This document shows, piece by piece, positions 1 to 10,000 of a DNA stretch of 32,000 nt (its first letter is position 1; every line of letters starts with the position of its first letter). The notes under the pieces were generated by a model, which was not told the DNA's origin, did not search any database, and saw only the letters and a list, made by a program, of their open reading frames with translations. This DNA comes from Erysipelotrichaceae bacterium MTC7 (GTDB lineage Bacteria > Bacillota_I > Bacilli_A > Erysipelotrichales > Erysipelotrichaceae), in NCBI GenBank assembly GCA_001695645.1, contig LVZN01000014.1, positions 1-32,000 on the forward strand. Direction: 5' to 3'. The position numbers and the translations under genes were made by a program.

Positions 1-4
1 AGTA

Positions 5-60
5 TAAAAAAACAAGTGGTCCCTTTTTCAATGGCAACATGCCATGAAAATGGTCCACTT
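5..60 (-). terminator. Rho-independent terminator ending the ABC-transporter operon
   Basis: Long imperfect hairpin (aagtggtccctttttcaatggca / tgccatgaaaatggtccactt) starting 6 nt after the stop at 66. On the minus strand it is followed by a T7 run. Confidence 0.7.
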
Positions 61-65
61 TTAAA

Positions 66-539
66 TTACAATAAACATTCCTCTAACAAGACCGTCATAT
101 ACTCTTTTAATTTACTCTCGTTCCTTTCTAACAACTTCAAAGCTATTTCTTCTTCAGGTTCATCAAGAGTACTTTTATCTGCTAGATATCTAAATTGGTC
201 ATCTACATAAAATAAGTAACTAGTATTATTCTCCTTATTGTGTAGTATTACACCGATTTCAGATTCTTTTTTCATTAGTGTTTTAGGCCAAAAAATTATT
301 TGAACATCTTCTTCATAGTCGCTTATGGCATAGTTCCCAGTAAAGCTTGGATATTGGGGAGGATGATAAGAGATAATATACTCCTCAAATTCTTTATAGT
401 AATTTTTAACACCCTGTTCATAACCGCTTACTTTTGGAAACTTTGAGTAATTTATATACCATAAGAGATGAAATACCAAAACTATAATTAAGATAGTTGA
501 AATAAATTTAGATAAAACTTTTCTATCTTTAAATTTCAT
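66..539 (-). CDS. Hypothetical single-pass membrane protein, third gene of the ABC operon
   Basis: From the ORF track. The start overlaps the ATPase stop by 11 nt (529..539). N-terminal hydrophobic span VLSKFISTILIIVLVFHLLWYI is followed by a soluble domain. No family recognised. Confidence 0.6.
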   Translation of the reverse strand: MKFKDRKVLSKFISTILIIVLVFHLLWYINYSKFPKVSGYEQGVKNYYKEFEEYIISYHPPQYPSFTGNYAISDYEEDVQIIFWPKTLMKKESEIGVILHNKENNTSYLFYVDDQFRYLADKSTLDEPEEEIALKLLERNESKLKEYMTVLLEECLL

Positions 540-1146
540 TGAGATTCACTCTTTTCTCTACTTTACTCTTAAAATATTCGTCGTGTGTTACAATGATAAT
601 TGTCTTTCCGATATCATTTAACTGCTTTAAAATCTCAAATATCTTTTCCGCATTTTTTCTATCTAGAGACCCAGTTGGCTCGTCTGCAAGTATGTATTTG
701 CATTTTTTTAAATACAACCTAGCCATAGCGACCCTCTGTTGTTCACCACCAGATAAAGTATATACCTTACTGTTTTTTTTATCATCTAAACCTACCATTT
801 TTAATGCAGAATCTATACTTACATCCGTACGATCTTCTTTTCTTATAAGCTTTAGATTTTCTTCCACTGTTTTGCTTTCTACTAAAACGAAATTTTGAAA
901 GATAAACCCAAGTTTTTTCCTGAATAAATCGAGTTTATCCTTTTTAGTTTCAATTGGTTTTCCTTCAAATAGGATTTCTCCTTCTTGATATGGCTCTAGT
1001 TGACCGATCATATTTAATAAGGTAGTTTTCCCTGTCCCGCTATCACCAGTGATACAAAGGAAATCCCCATCATTAATTATTAAATTGAAGTTTTTGAACA
1101 ATACATGCTCATCAAAGTTCTTACATAAATTCTTTATCTGTATCAC
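529..1146 (-). CDS. ABC transporter ATP-binding protein (short, MacB/LolD-like)
   Basis: Walker A GDSGTGKTT, ABC signature LSGGEQQR, Walker B YILADEPT, H-loop VTHD. Confidence 0.92.
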   Translation of the reverse strand: MIQIKNLCKNFDEHVLFKNFNLIINDGDFLCITGDSGTGKTTLLNMIGQLEPYQEGEILFEGKPIETKKDKLDLFRKKLGFIFQNFVLVESKTVEENLKLIRKEDRTDVSIDSALKMVGLDDKKNSKVYTLSGGEQQRVAMARLYLKKCKYILADEPTGSLDRKNAEKIFEILKQLNDIGKTIIIVTHDEYFKSKVEKRVNLNEI

Positions 1147-1148
1147 TT

Positions 1149-3095
1149 TTATTGACCTCCTTTTATTATATGAGCAAGAAGTATCTCTTCATTACTCTTT
1201 ACTTGTATCATAGTATACATTATTTCCAATGCTATCAATAATATCGCAAGAATCATAAACACTTCCAAGCTAAAAACAGATAGACGTATATAAATAAGGC
1301 AACTAATCAATAAGCTGATAAGTACAGTCAATGCTTGAGTTGATAAAAATATTTTATTTTTTTCAAAAATGCTATAGCCAAGAATTGTTTTTAATACAAA
1401 TTCTTTACGACGCCAAAAGTACTGCATTCTTATTATAAAAGCTAAAATCAAAAAGTTTAAGCCTAAAAATAGCAGGTTCATAAATAATAACATTGCCGTA
1501 TTACGTCGTATATTATTCAACTCAAATGTAAATACTTCATTTATGTTTGTTCGTTTTGCTATTTGATTTTCTAACTGAAACTTCTCAATTAGTTCTTCAT
1601 ATTCTTTCCCACTTAAATCATAGGGTGTTGAATAGGCATAATAGAGCCTAGCATCCGCATTGCTGATTGAGATCCCTATGTTTCTTGTTTCTAAAATTAC
1701 TAGAGGAGACTCTAATAGAACACTTCTGAGCAAACTGTTGGTATCGTTGATTGCTATAATTTCTATCTTGTCCTTATATTTTACGTAATCAATTTTACTA
1801 TTGGACGGATAGTATAGCTCTAGAATTTTTTCTATCTCTTCCTTTGTATAATCAGATAATTCAGATCGGTAAAAAACTGCCAAGTCTGTTCCTTCTTTTA
1901 AGTCATGGAGAGGTAGCTGTATCCCTTGCTCCTCTAATGCTTTTTTATTTACTAATATGGATTCCATACCACCTAAATTTCTTGAAAAATTAAACATCAA
2001 CATTGAACGTTCATAATATTTGTCGTTTAAGTATTTATGAAGGAGGGCTGTATCGTCGGTATTATCTATATCTTTCCCCAAGGAATTATCAAGTTTGTAA
2101 TTTAATTGATAGTAGGAATATTCTTTATGATTTTCAAAAAAAGGTTTCTGCTTAGCATAGTCTAACCCGTTTTTTATAATCAATCCATTGCTGTACATTA
2201 ACTGTATGAGAATCAATAAAACAAGAACTCGAACACCGTATGAAATCTTTACTACAGTATTATTGTTTTCTGCACGAATCCCAGTTTTTTCAATTTTATT
2301 TGCTGTTCTTATATAGAGTAGTAAGGCCAGCAATAACTGTAAACTATATGCAACAGCTAAATAGTATCTTATGTATTCTAAGTAATAGAATCTCTTTATA
2401 AAAAGGTATAAGATAGCTGTAATCATACCCAAAATTAGCTGATCTTTTAAAAATAATTTCAAATTGCTTTTTACTATATCCACACCTTGTATAAGCTTTA
2501 TATAGTTTTCTTTTTTGCTAATTTGCAGTTCGAATGTAGTTATCAAAATGAGGACAAGATAAACAATTGACAGCACGAGAAGAGTTTTGTTCCTCAATGT
2601 ATTGGATTTTCCATAGTAATTTGGGAATCCTCCCCCGTATTGATCGATAAGTTCTTTTTTAAACTCTCTTATTTGGGTTAAATCTTCGACATCATTGGTG
2701 AAGAACAATACTTTTAAGGAATCTACATTCTCTAGTTCTTTCCAGTCATGGAATATAACCTCTGCTTCACCTGCTACTAGGCTATTATAAGCACCTTTTT
2801 TATTAAATGTTTTTTGAAGTTTTTTAAGCCCAATTTCATTACCATAAATATGGTACTCTTTTCGTTTTTCTTTTGGTAACTTGTTTTCTAAAGTAAAAAT
2901 TCCTAAATTATATTTTTTTGCTATGTCTACGAAATCTTTTTTTGCAACACTTAAATCCTCTACTTGATTAACAGCAAAAGTACAGTTAATATAATCATTA
3001 GAAAAGCTATCTAAATTATAAACATATAATTCTCCTAAAATCAGGAAAGAAATGATGACGCATAAGCTATATACTATAATTTTTATTTTTCTCAT
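1149..3095 (-). CDS. Large multi-TM ABC permease, FtsX-like / bacteriocin-associated putative immunity type
   Basis: 648 aa: N-terminal TM, ~150-aa loop, 4 TM, ~220-aa loop, 3 C-terminal TM. The stop lies 2 nt before the ATPase start. Architecture plus pairing with a short ATPase resembles permeases of lactococcin-972-type loci (recollection, not searched). Confidence 0.7.
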   Translation of the reverse strand: MRKIKIIVYSLCVIISFLILGELYVYNLDSFSNDYINCTFAVNQVEDLSVAKKDFVDIAKKYNLGIFTLENKLPKEKRKEYHIYGNEIGLKKLQKTFNKKGAYNSLVAGEAEVIFHDWKELENVDSLKVLFFTNDVEDLTQIREFKKELIDQYGGGFPNYYGKSNTLRNKTLLVLSIVYLVLILITTFELQISKKENYIKLIQGVDIVKSNLKLFLKDQLILGMITAILYLFIKRFYYLEYIRYYLAVAYSLQLLLALLLYIRTANKIEKTGIRAENNNTVVKISYGVRVLVLLILIQLMYSNGLIIKNGLDYAKQKPFFENHKEYSYYQLNYKLDNSLGKDIDNTDDTALLHKYLNDKYYERSMLMFNFSRNLGGMESILVNKKALEEQGIQLPLHDLKEGTDLAVFYRSELSDYTKEEIEKILELYYPSNSKIDYVKYKDKIEIIAINDTNSLLRSVLLESPLVILETRNIGISISNADARLYYAYSTPYDLSGKEYEELIEKFQLENQIAKRTNINEVFTFELNNIRRNTAMLLFMNLLFLGLNFLILAFIIRMQYFWRRKEFVLKTILGYSIFEKNKIFLSTQALTVLISLLISCLIYIRLSVFSLEVFMILAILLIALEIMYTMIQVKSNEEILLAHIIKGGQ

Positions 3096-3304
3096 GACAT
3101 CGCTCCCCTTTTAATTTAATCCTTTATTATATTATACCCAATTTCTTTCAAAATCACTCCTTTCTTCATTCTTATAATTGTATTCAAGTTTCTATAATCA
3201 AATTACTTATATTATTTAACTATGGTATTTTTTATTTCCTCTTTATTTAATTAAAATATTAACTATAAGTTATTTTCTATTACTTGATATATCACTTTAA
3301 ATGA

Positions 3305-3336
3305 GCAAAAAAATAAAGGCAGTCCGAAGACTGCCG
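3305..3336 (-). terminator. Rho-independent terminator after the SSB-like gene
   Basis: Stem ggcagtc/gactgcc (3318-3324 / 3329-3335) with a 4-nt loop, directly after the stop at 3341. Followed on the minus strand by tttatttttttg. Confidence 0.8.
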
Positions 3337-3340
3337 ATAT

Positions 3341-3997
3341 TTATCTCTCTGCTCCTTTGCTATGGTCTTTCTTATTTGACTTAGCTTTGTCACCTGTCTT
3401 AAAGCTTTTTATTTGCCCTAATATGGACTTTTTATCTTTATCTTGACTCTTTACTTGTTCTTTTGCTTTTAAGAGCTTAGAAGAGAAAATACGGACATTT
3501 TTATGCTCCTTTCCTTTGTTGTCAATGCTTGTTTTTACTTGTCCAAATATTTTAACAAAATCTCCTTGTTTTAGGTTTTCTAAATCTTTTGTCTTATCTC
3601 CATAAGCTGAACAATTGGTATAAATTTTATTCCCATCGTCATCTTTTGAAACAAGAGAAAAATTACTTACTTTAAATTTTTCTCCATTGGCATTTTCTCG
3701 TTCAAGATTTTCTATTTTGCCAGCTATATTACCCACGAGATTTATAAGGTCATCTTTTTCTTCAATATCACTGACATTTTCAACAATCTTACCTTGTTCT
3801 TTCATGTCATCAATCATATAGTCAAAGTCATCACTTAGTATACCTGTTGTGTCATTGTTCATATATAAAACATAGACTTCTTCAAGTGCTTTTTCATCAT
3901 TAACACCTTTTTCTATGCTTACAAGTGCTTTTATAAAGTCCTTGTAATTATCATTCATCATTTCTTCTAAGTTTTCTCTAATATCTTTGTATTCCAT
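3341..3997 (-). CDS. SSB-like OB-fold protein with a helical N-terminal extension and a basic C-terminal tail
   Basis: The C-terminal half (LINLVGNIAGKIE...FKVSNFSLVS...YTNCSAYGDK...GDFVKIFGQVK) is paralogous to the 104-aa OB-fold ORF at 25516..25830. RBS aaggagg lies upstream. The tail SILGQIKSFK...KGAER is shared with the giant protein. Confidence 0.7.
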   Translation of the reverse strand: MEYKDIRENLEEMMNDNYKDFIKALVSIEKGVNDEKALEEVYVLYMNNDTTGILSDDFDYMIDDMKEQGKIVENVSDIEEKDDLINLVGNIAGKIENLERENANGEKFKVSNFSLVSKDDDGNKIYTNCSAYGDKTKDLENLKQGDFVKIFGQVKTSIDNKGKEHKNVRIFSSKLLKAKEQVKSQDKDKKSILGQIKSFKTGDKAKSNKKDHSKGAER

Positions 3998-4040
3998 ATT
4001 TTCCTCCTTGTACTAAATAAGGAGAGCCTTTCGCCCTCCT

Positions 4041-7000
4041 TTATCGTTCTTGTCCTTTTTCACTTTTTTCTTGATTTTTATCTTTTTCTTCTTCAGATTT
4101 GAATTTTGATATTTGTCCCAATATTGATGGTTTCTCTTCCCTTGAGTGAAGATTATCCTCTACATCATAAGTTGATTCAAAGTAATCACTATCTTTAAAA
4201 TCATTGTCATACCTATCTGGTATTCCGTCATTATCAAGATCTTTTGCTAGTGGATCATAGAAGTTTCCATCATCATCTATTTCTAGTCCTAGAGCTTGTT
4301 TCAAATCTTCTTCATCTACTGATACCAGATCGTCAAAACTTGACATCTTTATGGCTTCAGTCATATCTTTAATAGCTTGTGAATTAGATATATCTTCTTC
4401 TACAAAAGATTCTGTTCTAATAGCTACATTATCTACATACTGAGTCCATGTTTTTTCTTCCAAATTTACCTCATATTGAATAGAGTGTTTACCATCTGGT
4501 GTTTCTGTATAGGCAAGTCCTATATGGCTTAAATCTGGGTATAATTTGTCAAAGTCTTCATAGCTATTAGATTCTGAAAACTCATAGTTAGAATAATCAA
4601 CTATCGCCCTCTTTAAATCTTCCAATAATGGTGATTGGTTTTCTAATTCTTCTACTTCTCCCATATCTAAAAGTTTATTAATCTCAGCTAATCTTAGTGT
4701 CTTATCCCTTAACTCATCTGCTTTTTCAAATCGTTTGGTCAATTCTACTTTGGCATTTTCTAAAGATTCTTTATAATTTTCAAGGTTTTGATTTAATCTT
4801 TCAAGTCTTGAAGGCATTTTTTCAATGGCATTATCAAGCCTTGTTATATTGCCATCAGTAGAGTTTGAAAACTCTCCAAAGTATTCTGCTTTTCCTAGGA
4901 GTTTAAAGGTGTGAGTGTTAGTCATAAAGTTATATGAAACTTGCAAGTCTAAATTTCTATATTTACCAATGACCTTGCTATCATTTATCTTTACTTTTTT
5001 TATTTCTTCTAATAATTTCTCTCCAGCTTCTTTCTTATCTAGAATTTTATTTTCTCTAAGACTGATTGAAGTGAATTTTATGTCTCCTTCTCCCAATTTC
5101 TCAATACTTGCAATATCTTCTTTAACTGCTTGTATTTCCATTTCAGTTTTTAAAATACTTTGAGGATAAATTTTATTTACCTTATCTTCAAGCTTATATT
5201 TATTAGACTTGTAGTTTGCTTCAAGCATTTTTAGTTTTGTAACTTCGTTATCTAAGTCCATCTTTTCTTTAATCAGAGGATTGCCTGTAGCTAAAGCTTT
5301 AATTTCTGAATAAGATAGACTTGCTTCATCAACATCTTCAGCAACACGCACAGGCGTCTTGCTTGTCATAATTTGAGATATGAATTTTTGCTTATTCTCT
5401 ATTGTCTGCCATAAATAGGCATCAAAGGTATTTTCTGTTACATATCTAAAGATATTTACCTTATCATTTTCATTACCTTGACGAACAATTCTACCACTTC
5501 TTTGCTCTAGGTCAGACGGTCTCCATGGGACGTCTAAATCGTGTAAAGCAATTAGTTTATTTTGTACATTTGTACCTGCTCCCATTTTTTGAGTAGAGCC
5601 TAATAATACTCTTACTTCTCCTCTTCTTACCTTAGAGAACAATTCATCTTTTTGTTTGTCTGTATCTGCTTCGTGAATAAAGGCTATTTCCTCTTTTGGT
5701 ATTCCCATATTCACTAGCTTATTTCTAATATCATCATAGATATTAAATTCTCCATCTCCTTTTGGTGTAGACATATCTGAAAAGACTAATTGAGTTGATG
5801 AATTTTCTTTTGTCTTATCCCAGATACTAAAGACGTTTTTAACGCATACATTTACCTTTGAATTAGGATCATCTGGAAGTAGTGGGTTTATTAATCTTTG
5901 GTCTAGGGCAAGTTTTTTACCATCATTTGTAATCTTTAGCATATTATCTTCTGTAGGCTCGACTTGGTTATTTCTAACCGCATCAGCTCTTTCTGAAATA
6001 GCTTCTAATATTTCTTTTTGTTCCTCAGTAGGTTTTGTTTTAATAACTTCAAAATTTGCTTCAGGAACTGGCAAATTTAACATATCTGAAGTCTTTATAT
6101 CTGCTACTTCTTTAAACATGCTCATCAGCTCTGGCAAGTTATAAAACTTTGAAAATCTTGTCTTTTGCCTATAACCAGTGCCTTCTGGAGATAATTCAAA
6201 GGTGTTTTCTGTTTCTCCAAAAGTAGAAGCCCAAGCGTCAAAATGTTCTAATCCTCTTGCCTTTAAATCGTCATACTGAAGGTATCTTTGCATGGTATAA
6301 AGCTCTGTCATTGAATTTGATATTGGTGTACCAGTAGCAAAAACAACTCCCTTGCCATCTGTCATTTCATCCATATACCTACATTTCATATACATATCCG
6401 AAGACTTAAAGGCTTCACTCTGACCGATACCCGCAACATTTCTCATCTTGGTATGCAAAAATAAGTTTTTGTAATTATGAGCTTCGTCTATAAATAACTT
6501 ATCTACTCCTAGTTCTTCAAAGGTTATTACGTCATCCTTTTTAAAGTCATCGTTTAACTTTTCCAGTCTTACCAAAAGCTTCTTCTTTGTCTTTTCTAGT
6601 TGTTTAACCGTGAAATTTTCCCCTCTATTTCTTTTATTCTCATCAATAAAGGAAACTATATCATCTATTTGGTCTTGTATATGTCTAACCTGGTATTCCT
6701 TAGACATTGGTATTTTTTCAAATTGAGAGTGTCCTATGATAACTGCGTCATATTCTCCCGTTGCAATCCTACCAATAAATCTTTTTCTGTTTTTTGGTTG
6801 AAAGTCTTTTTTATCGGCCACCATAATGTTTGCTGACGGATATAACTGCATAAACTCTCTACCAATTTGAGTGGTTAGATGGTTAGGAACTACAAATAAT
6901 GATTTACTTGCAAGTCCCAACTTTTTAGATTCCATAGCAGAAGCCACCATTTCAAAAGTTTTTCCTGCTCCTACTACATGGGCAAGCAGTGTATTTCCAC

Positions 7001-10000
7001 CATAAAGAGTCCTAGCTATTGCGTTTTTCTGATGTTCTCGAAGTCTGATTTCAGTATTCATTCCATCAAAAGTTAAGTTAGAACCATCAAATTCTCTATT
7101 TCTAATTGAATTGAATTTTTCATTATAAATTTTTTCTAGCCTATATCTTCTATCAGGATCTTCAAATATCCAATTCTTAAATTCTTCTTTAATCAGTTCT
7201 TGCTTTTGACTTGCTAGCATAGTTTCTTTTTTATTTAATACAGAAGTCTTAGACCCATCATCATTTATTACTTGGTCAAATACTTTTGTATCTTTTAAAT
7301 TAAGAGCGTTCTCAATTAGCTTATAGGCATTCACTCTACTTGTACCATAAGTCATGTTAGCAAGGTCATTAGTTGAGTCAACACTCTTACCTTCAATATT
7401 CCATTCACTTGTATGTGGTGAGAACCTAACATTTATATTCCACCTATCATAGCCTGGTGTTTTTAAAAGATTAAAAGTAAAGTCTTCTATATCTTTTTGA
7501 GGTATCCAGGTTGCTCCTAACCTTACATTTATATCAGAAGCAGTGAGTTCTTCAGGGATAACTTCTTGTAATTTCTCTCTTTGGTATTTGAGTTTTCCTA
7601 ACTCGTTTAATAATGTATCTTTCTTTTCAGAAGGTGCTAAATCAATTACATTTTCAATTTCTCCTATATATGAATTGAGGTAGCCAATCTTTTCTCTAAT
7701 ATTTCCACTTAAATACTCGTCAGCCGATACATATGAAAAATGAAACGGATCGTCATTGTCAAAGTTTTCAAATGGCATTCTGTTATTTATTAGGTCTGTG
7801 TCCTTAATATCTAAAAATATCTCGCCCTCAAGCTCACCAATTAAGGTGTCCCTATCTTTATTTGTGATAGATTCCATATATTCAAAATCTACATATCCTT
7901 TTTGTGAAACTGATAAGAGTAAGGCTTCAAGGGAAGTATCTACATGATCTACTACCTTTGCCTTTGTAATTGTTCTTTTTGAAAATATATCACTCTTAGC
8001 TTTAAAATTATCCTCATCATCAAGTATTTCTATTGATGATACCAAAGAAAAGTTTGAGTCTTCTTTTAAGGCTCTAGTGTTTGATAAGGAGTTAATAAAA
8101 CCATGTTTCTTTGAAAAGTTATCATAGACTTCATTTAACTTTGCTTGTGACTCTTTTATTTCTTCATCAGAGAAATCGTCCTTTTGCTTTTCTATTACAT
8201 CTTTTAAAGCACTCATTACATCAAGATAATCTTTTATCTTTTCTTTATTTTTATCTGATATATTCTGCTTGATTAAGACTGAGTTTTCTCTTAGATATAC
8301 ATCTTCGTCAATAATGGTATAGGAAAAGTTTTTAACATCATCTGTTGCTGGAAGACTTAATTCTTCATCTTCCAATAGCTCGACTTCTTCATATTTTGAA
8401 TTTGAAGATATTTCCTTGCTTGCAAGATCCATTAAATCTTTTAATTTTTCATCTTCTTTTTCATCACAAGTAATAGTATTGCCAAATCTTCCAGATACTT
8501 CTTTCATATCCCCTAATACCATTTGAGGATTATCTACAAAGTATTTATTATAGGTCAAACCCTTTTTATCAGTTGCTAGGTGTATCCAATCGTCATCTCT
8601 TTCTATAACTGAATCTCTCTTTTTTAGAAAAATAATATCTGAAGTAACTTCTGTACCAGCAAGTCCTTTAAATGTTGTATTAGGAAGCCTCATAGCTCCT
8701 AAAAACTCACATCTTGCATTAATATATTTTCTAACAGATTCATCTTTTTTATCCATAGTTCCAGATGAAGTTATGAAGGCAATAATTCCTCCATTCCTAA
8801 CCTTATCTATTGACTTTGCAAAAAAATAATCGTGAATCAGAAAGTTATTTCTGTTATATTCACGATCGTTAACTTTAAAATCTCCAAAGGGAACATTTCC
8901 TATTACCAAGTCAAAGAAATTATTTGAGAAGTTTGTTTCTTCAAAGCCTTTAATTTGAATATTAGCTTCAGGATAAAGTTCTCTTGCTATTCTTCCGCTT
9001 AGACTATCTTTTTCTACTCCATAGACTTTAGAGCCTTGTATTTCACTTGGCATATTACCAATGAAATTACCGACTCCTGCAGATGGTTCAAGGATGTTCC
9101 CAGTCTTAAAACCCATATCTGTTAGGGTCTTATATATTCCATCCATTACCTCTCTAGGTGTATAAAATGATGTTAAAGTAGACTCTTTAGCATTCAAATA
9201 CTCTTCATTTGTTAGGTTTTCTTTTAAAATATTTCTTGCTTCAAGCCATTGTCCTCCCTTTTCTTCATCGAAGACATCGGCAAGACCTCCCCAACCTAGA
9301 TAATCAGCAAGATAGGCTTGTTCATACTCTCTTGGACTCCTATTTTCATTTTCAAGTCTTTTTAGCATTTTAATAGCTTTTATATTTTTATCTAGTCTTT
9401 CTGATGGTGTAAGGTATTCTGAGTAGATATGATTTTTCAAGTCATAATTTCTAGCAAAACTTAGCCTTTCCTTATTAGGTTCATAGCCTAGATTTTTTAA
9501 ATCTTCTTTTCCCCTCAATAAGTTTTCGGCTGAATCTCTTGGAACATCGTACCTATCCATCATTTGGTCAATTTCAGGATTGAACTTATCAATAAAGCTT
9601 TCTTGTTCTACTTGTCTTTCAATTTGATTTTCATGGTCAGATAATTTGTATATCTCATAGTTTCCACTATCTAAAAGGTCATCAATCTTTCTACTTTCTT
9701 CAAATGTTGCACCCTTATATAAAGGATATTCTTTCTCATTAACTTCTACCTTAGTTCCTGTTTCAATTAAGTTAATTCCATTAAATGTATTTTCATCTTC
9801 TAAAATAAATTCATTTCCAACCTTTACTGCTAGTTTTTCTGATGTTTGACTTAGATTTTCAAAGATTTCTTCAAGGTATGAATCGTTTCTATATGGAATT
9901 ACTTCCGAACCCCTAATCATACCTCCCATATATTCCATATTGTCTCTGATAGTGACAGTTTTAAGTCCTCCACTTAGTTCATCAAAATTTGTAATGGTAA

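Noticed and set aside
16-210. Plus-strand 64-aa ORF at the left edge
   Set aside because: It is antisense to the 157-aa membrane-protein gene and runs through the terminator hairpin. It has a GTG start, no SD and a low-complexity product. This is a typical shadow ORF.
539-898. Plus-strand 119-aa ORF
   Set aside because: It lies entirely antisense to the well-supported ABC ATPase gene. The product is hydrophobic and low complexity with no motifs.
3116-3169. 17-codon minus-strand ORF (MKKGVILKEIGYNIIKD) upstream of the permease, considered as a bacteriocin precursor or leader
   Set aside because: It has no SD, no signal peptide or double-glycine leader, and it overlaps a TATAAT-like box. It is too short for a Lcn972-type precursor.
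4915-7947. Plus-strand ORFs 4915..5163, 6600..6836 and 7756..7947
   Set aside because: They are antisense shadows inside the 2547-aa gene. The products are S/F/L-rich, as expected from reverse translation of K/E-rich coding sequence, and no SDs are present.
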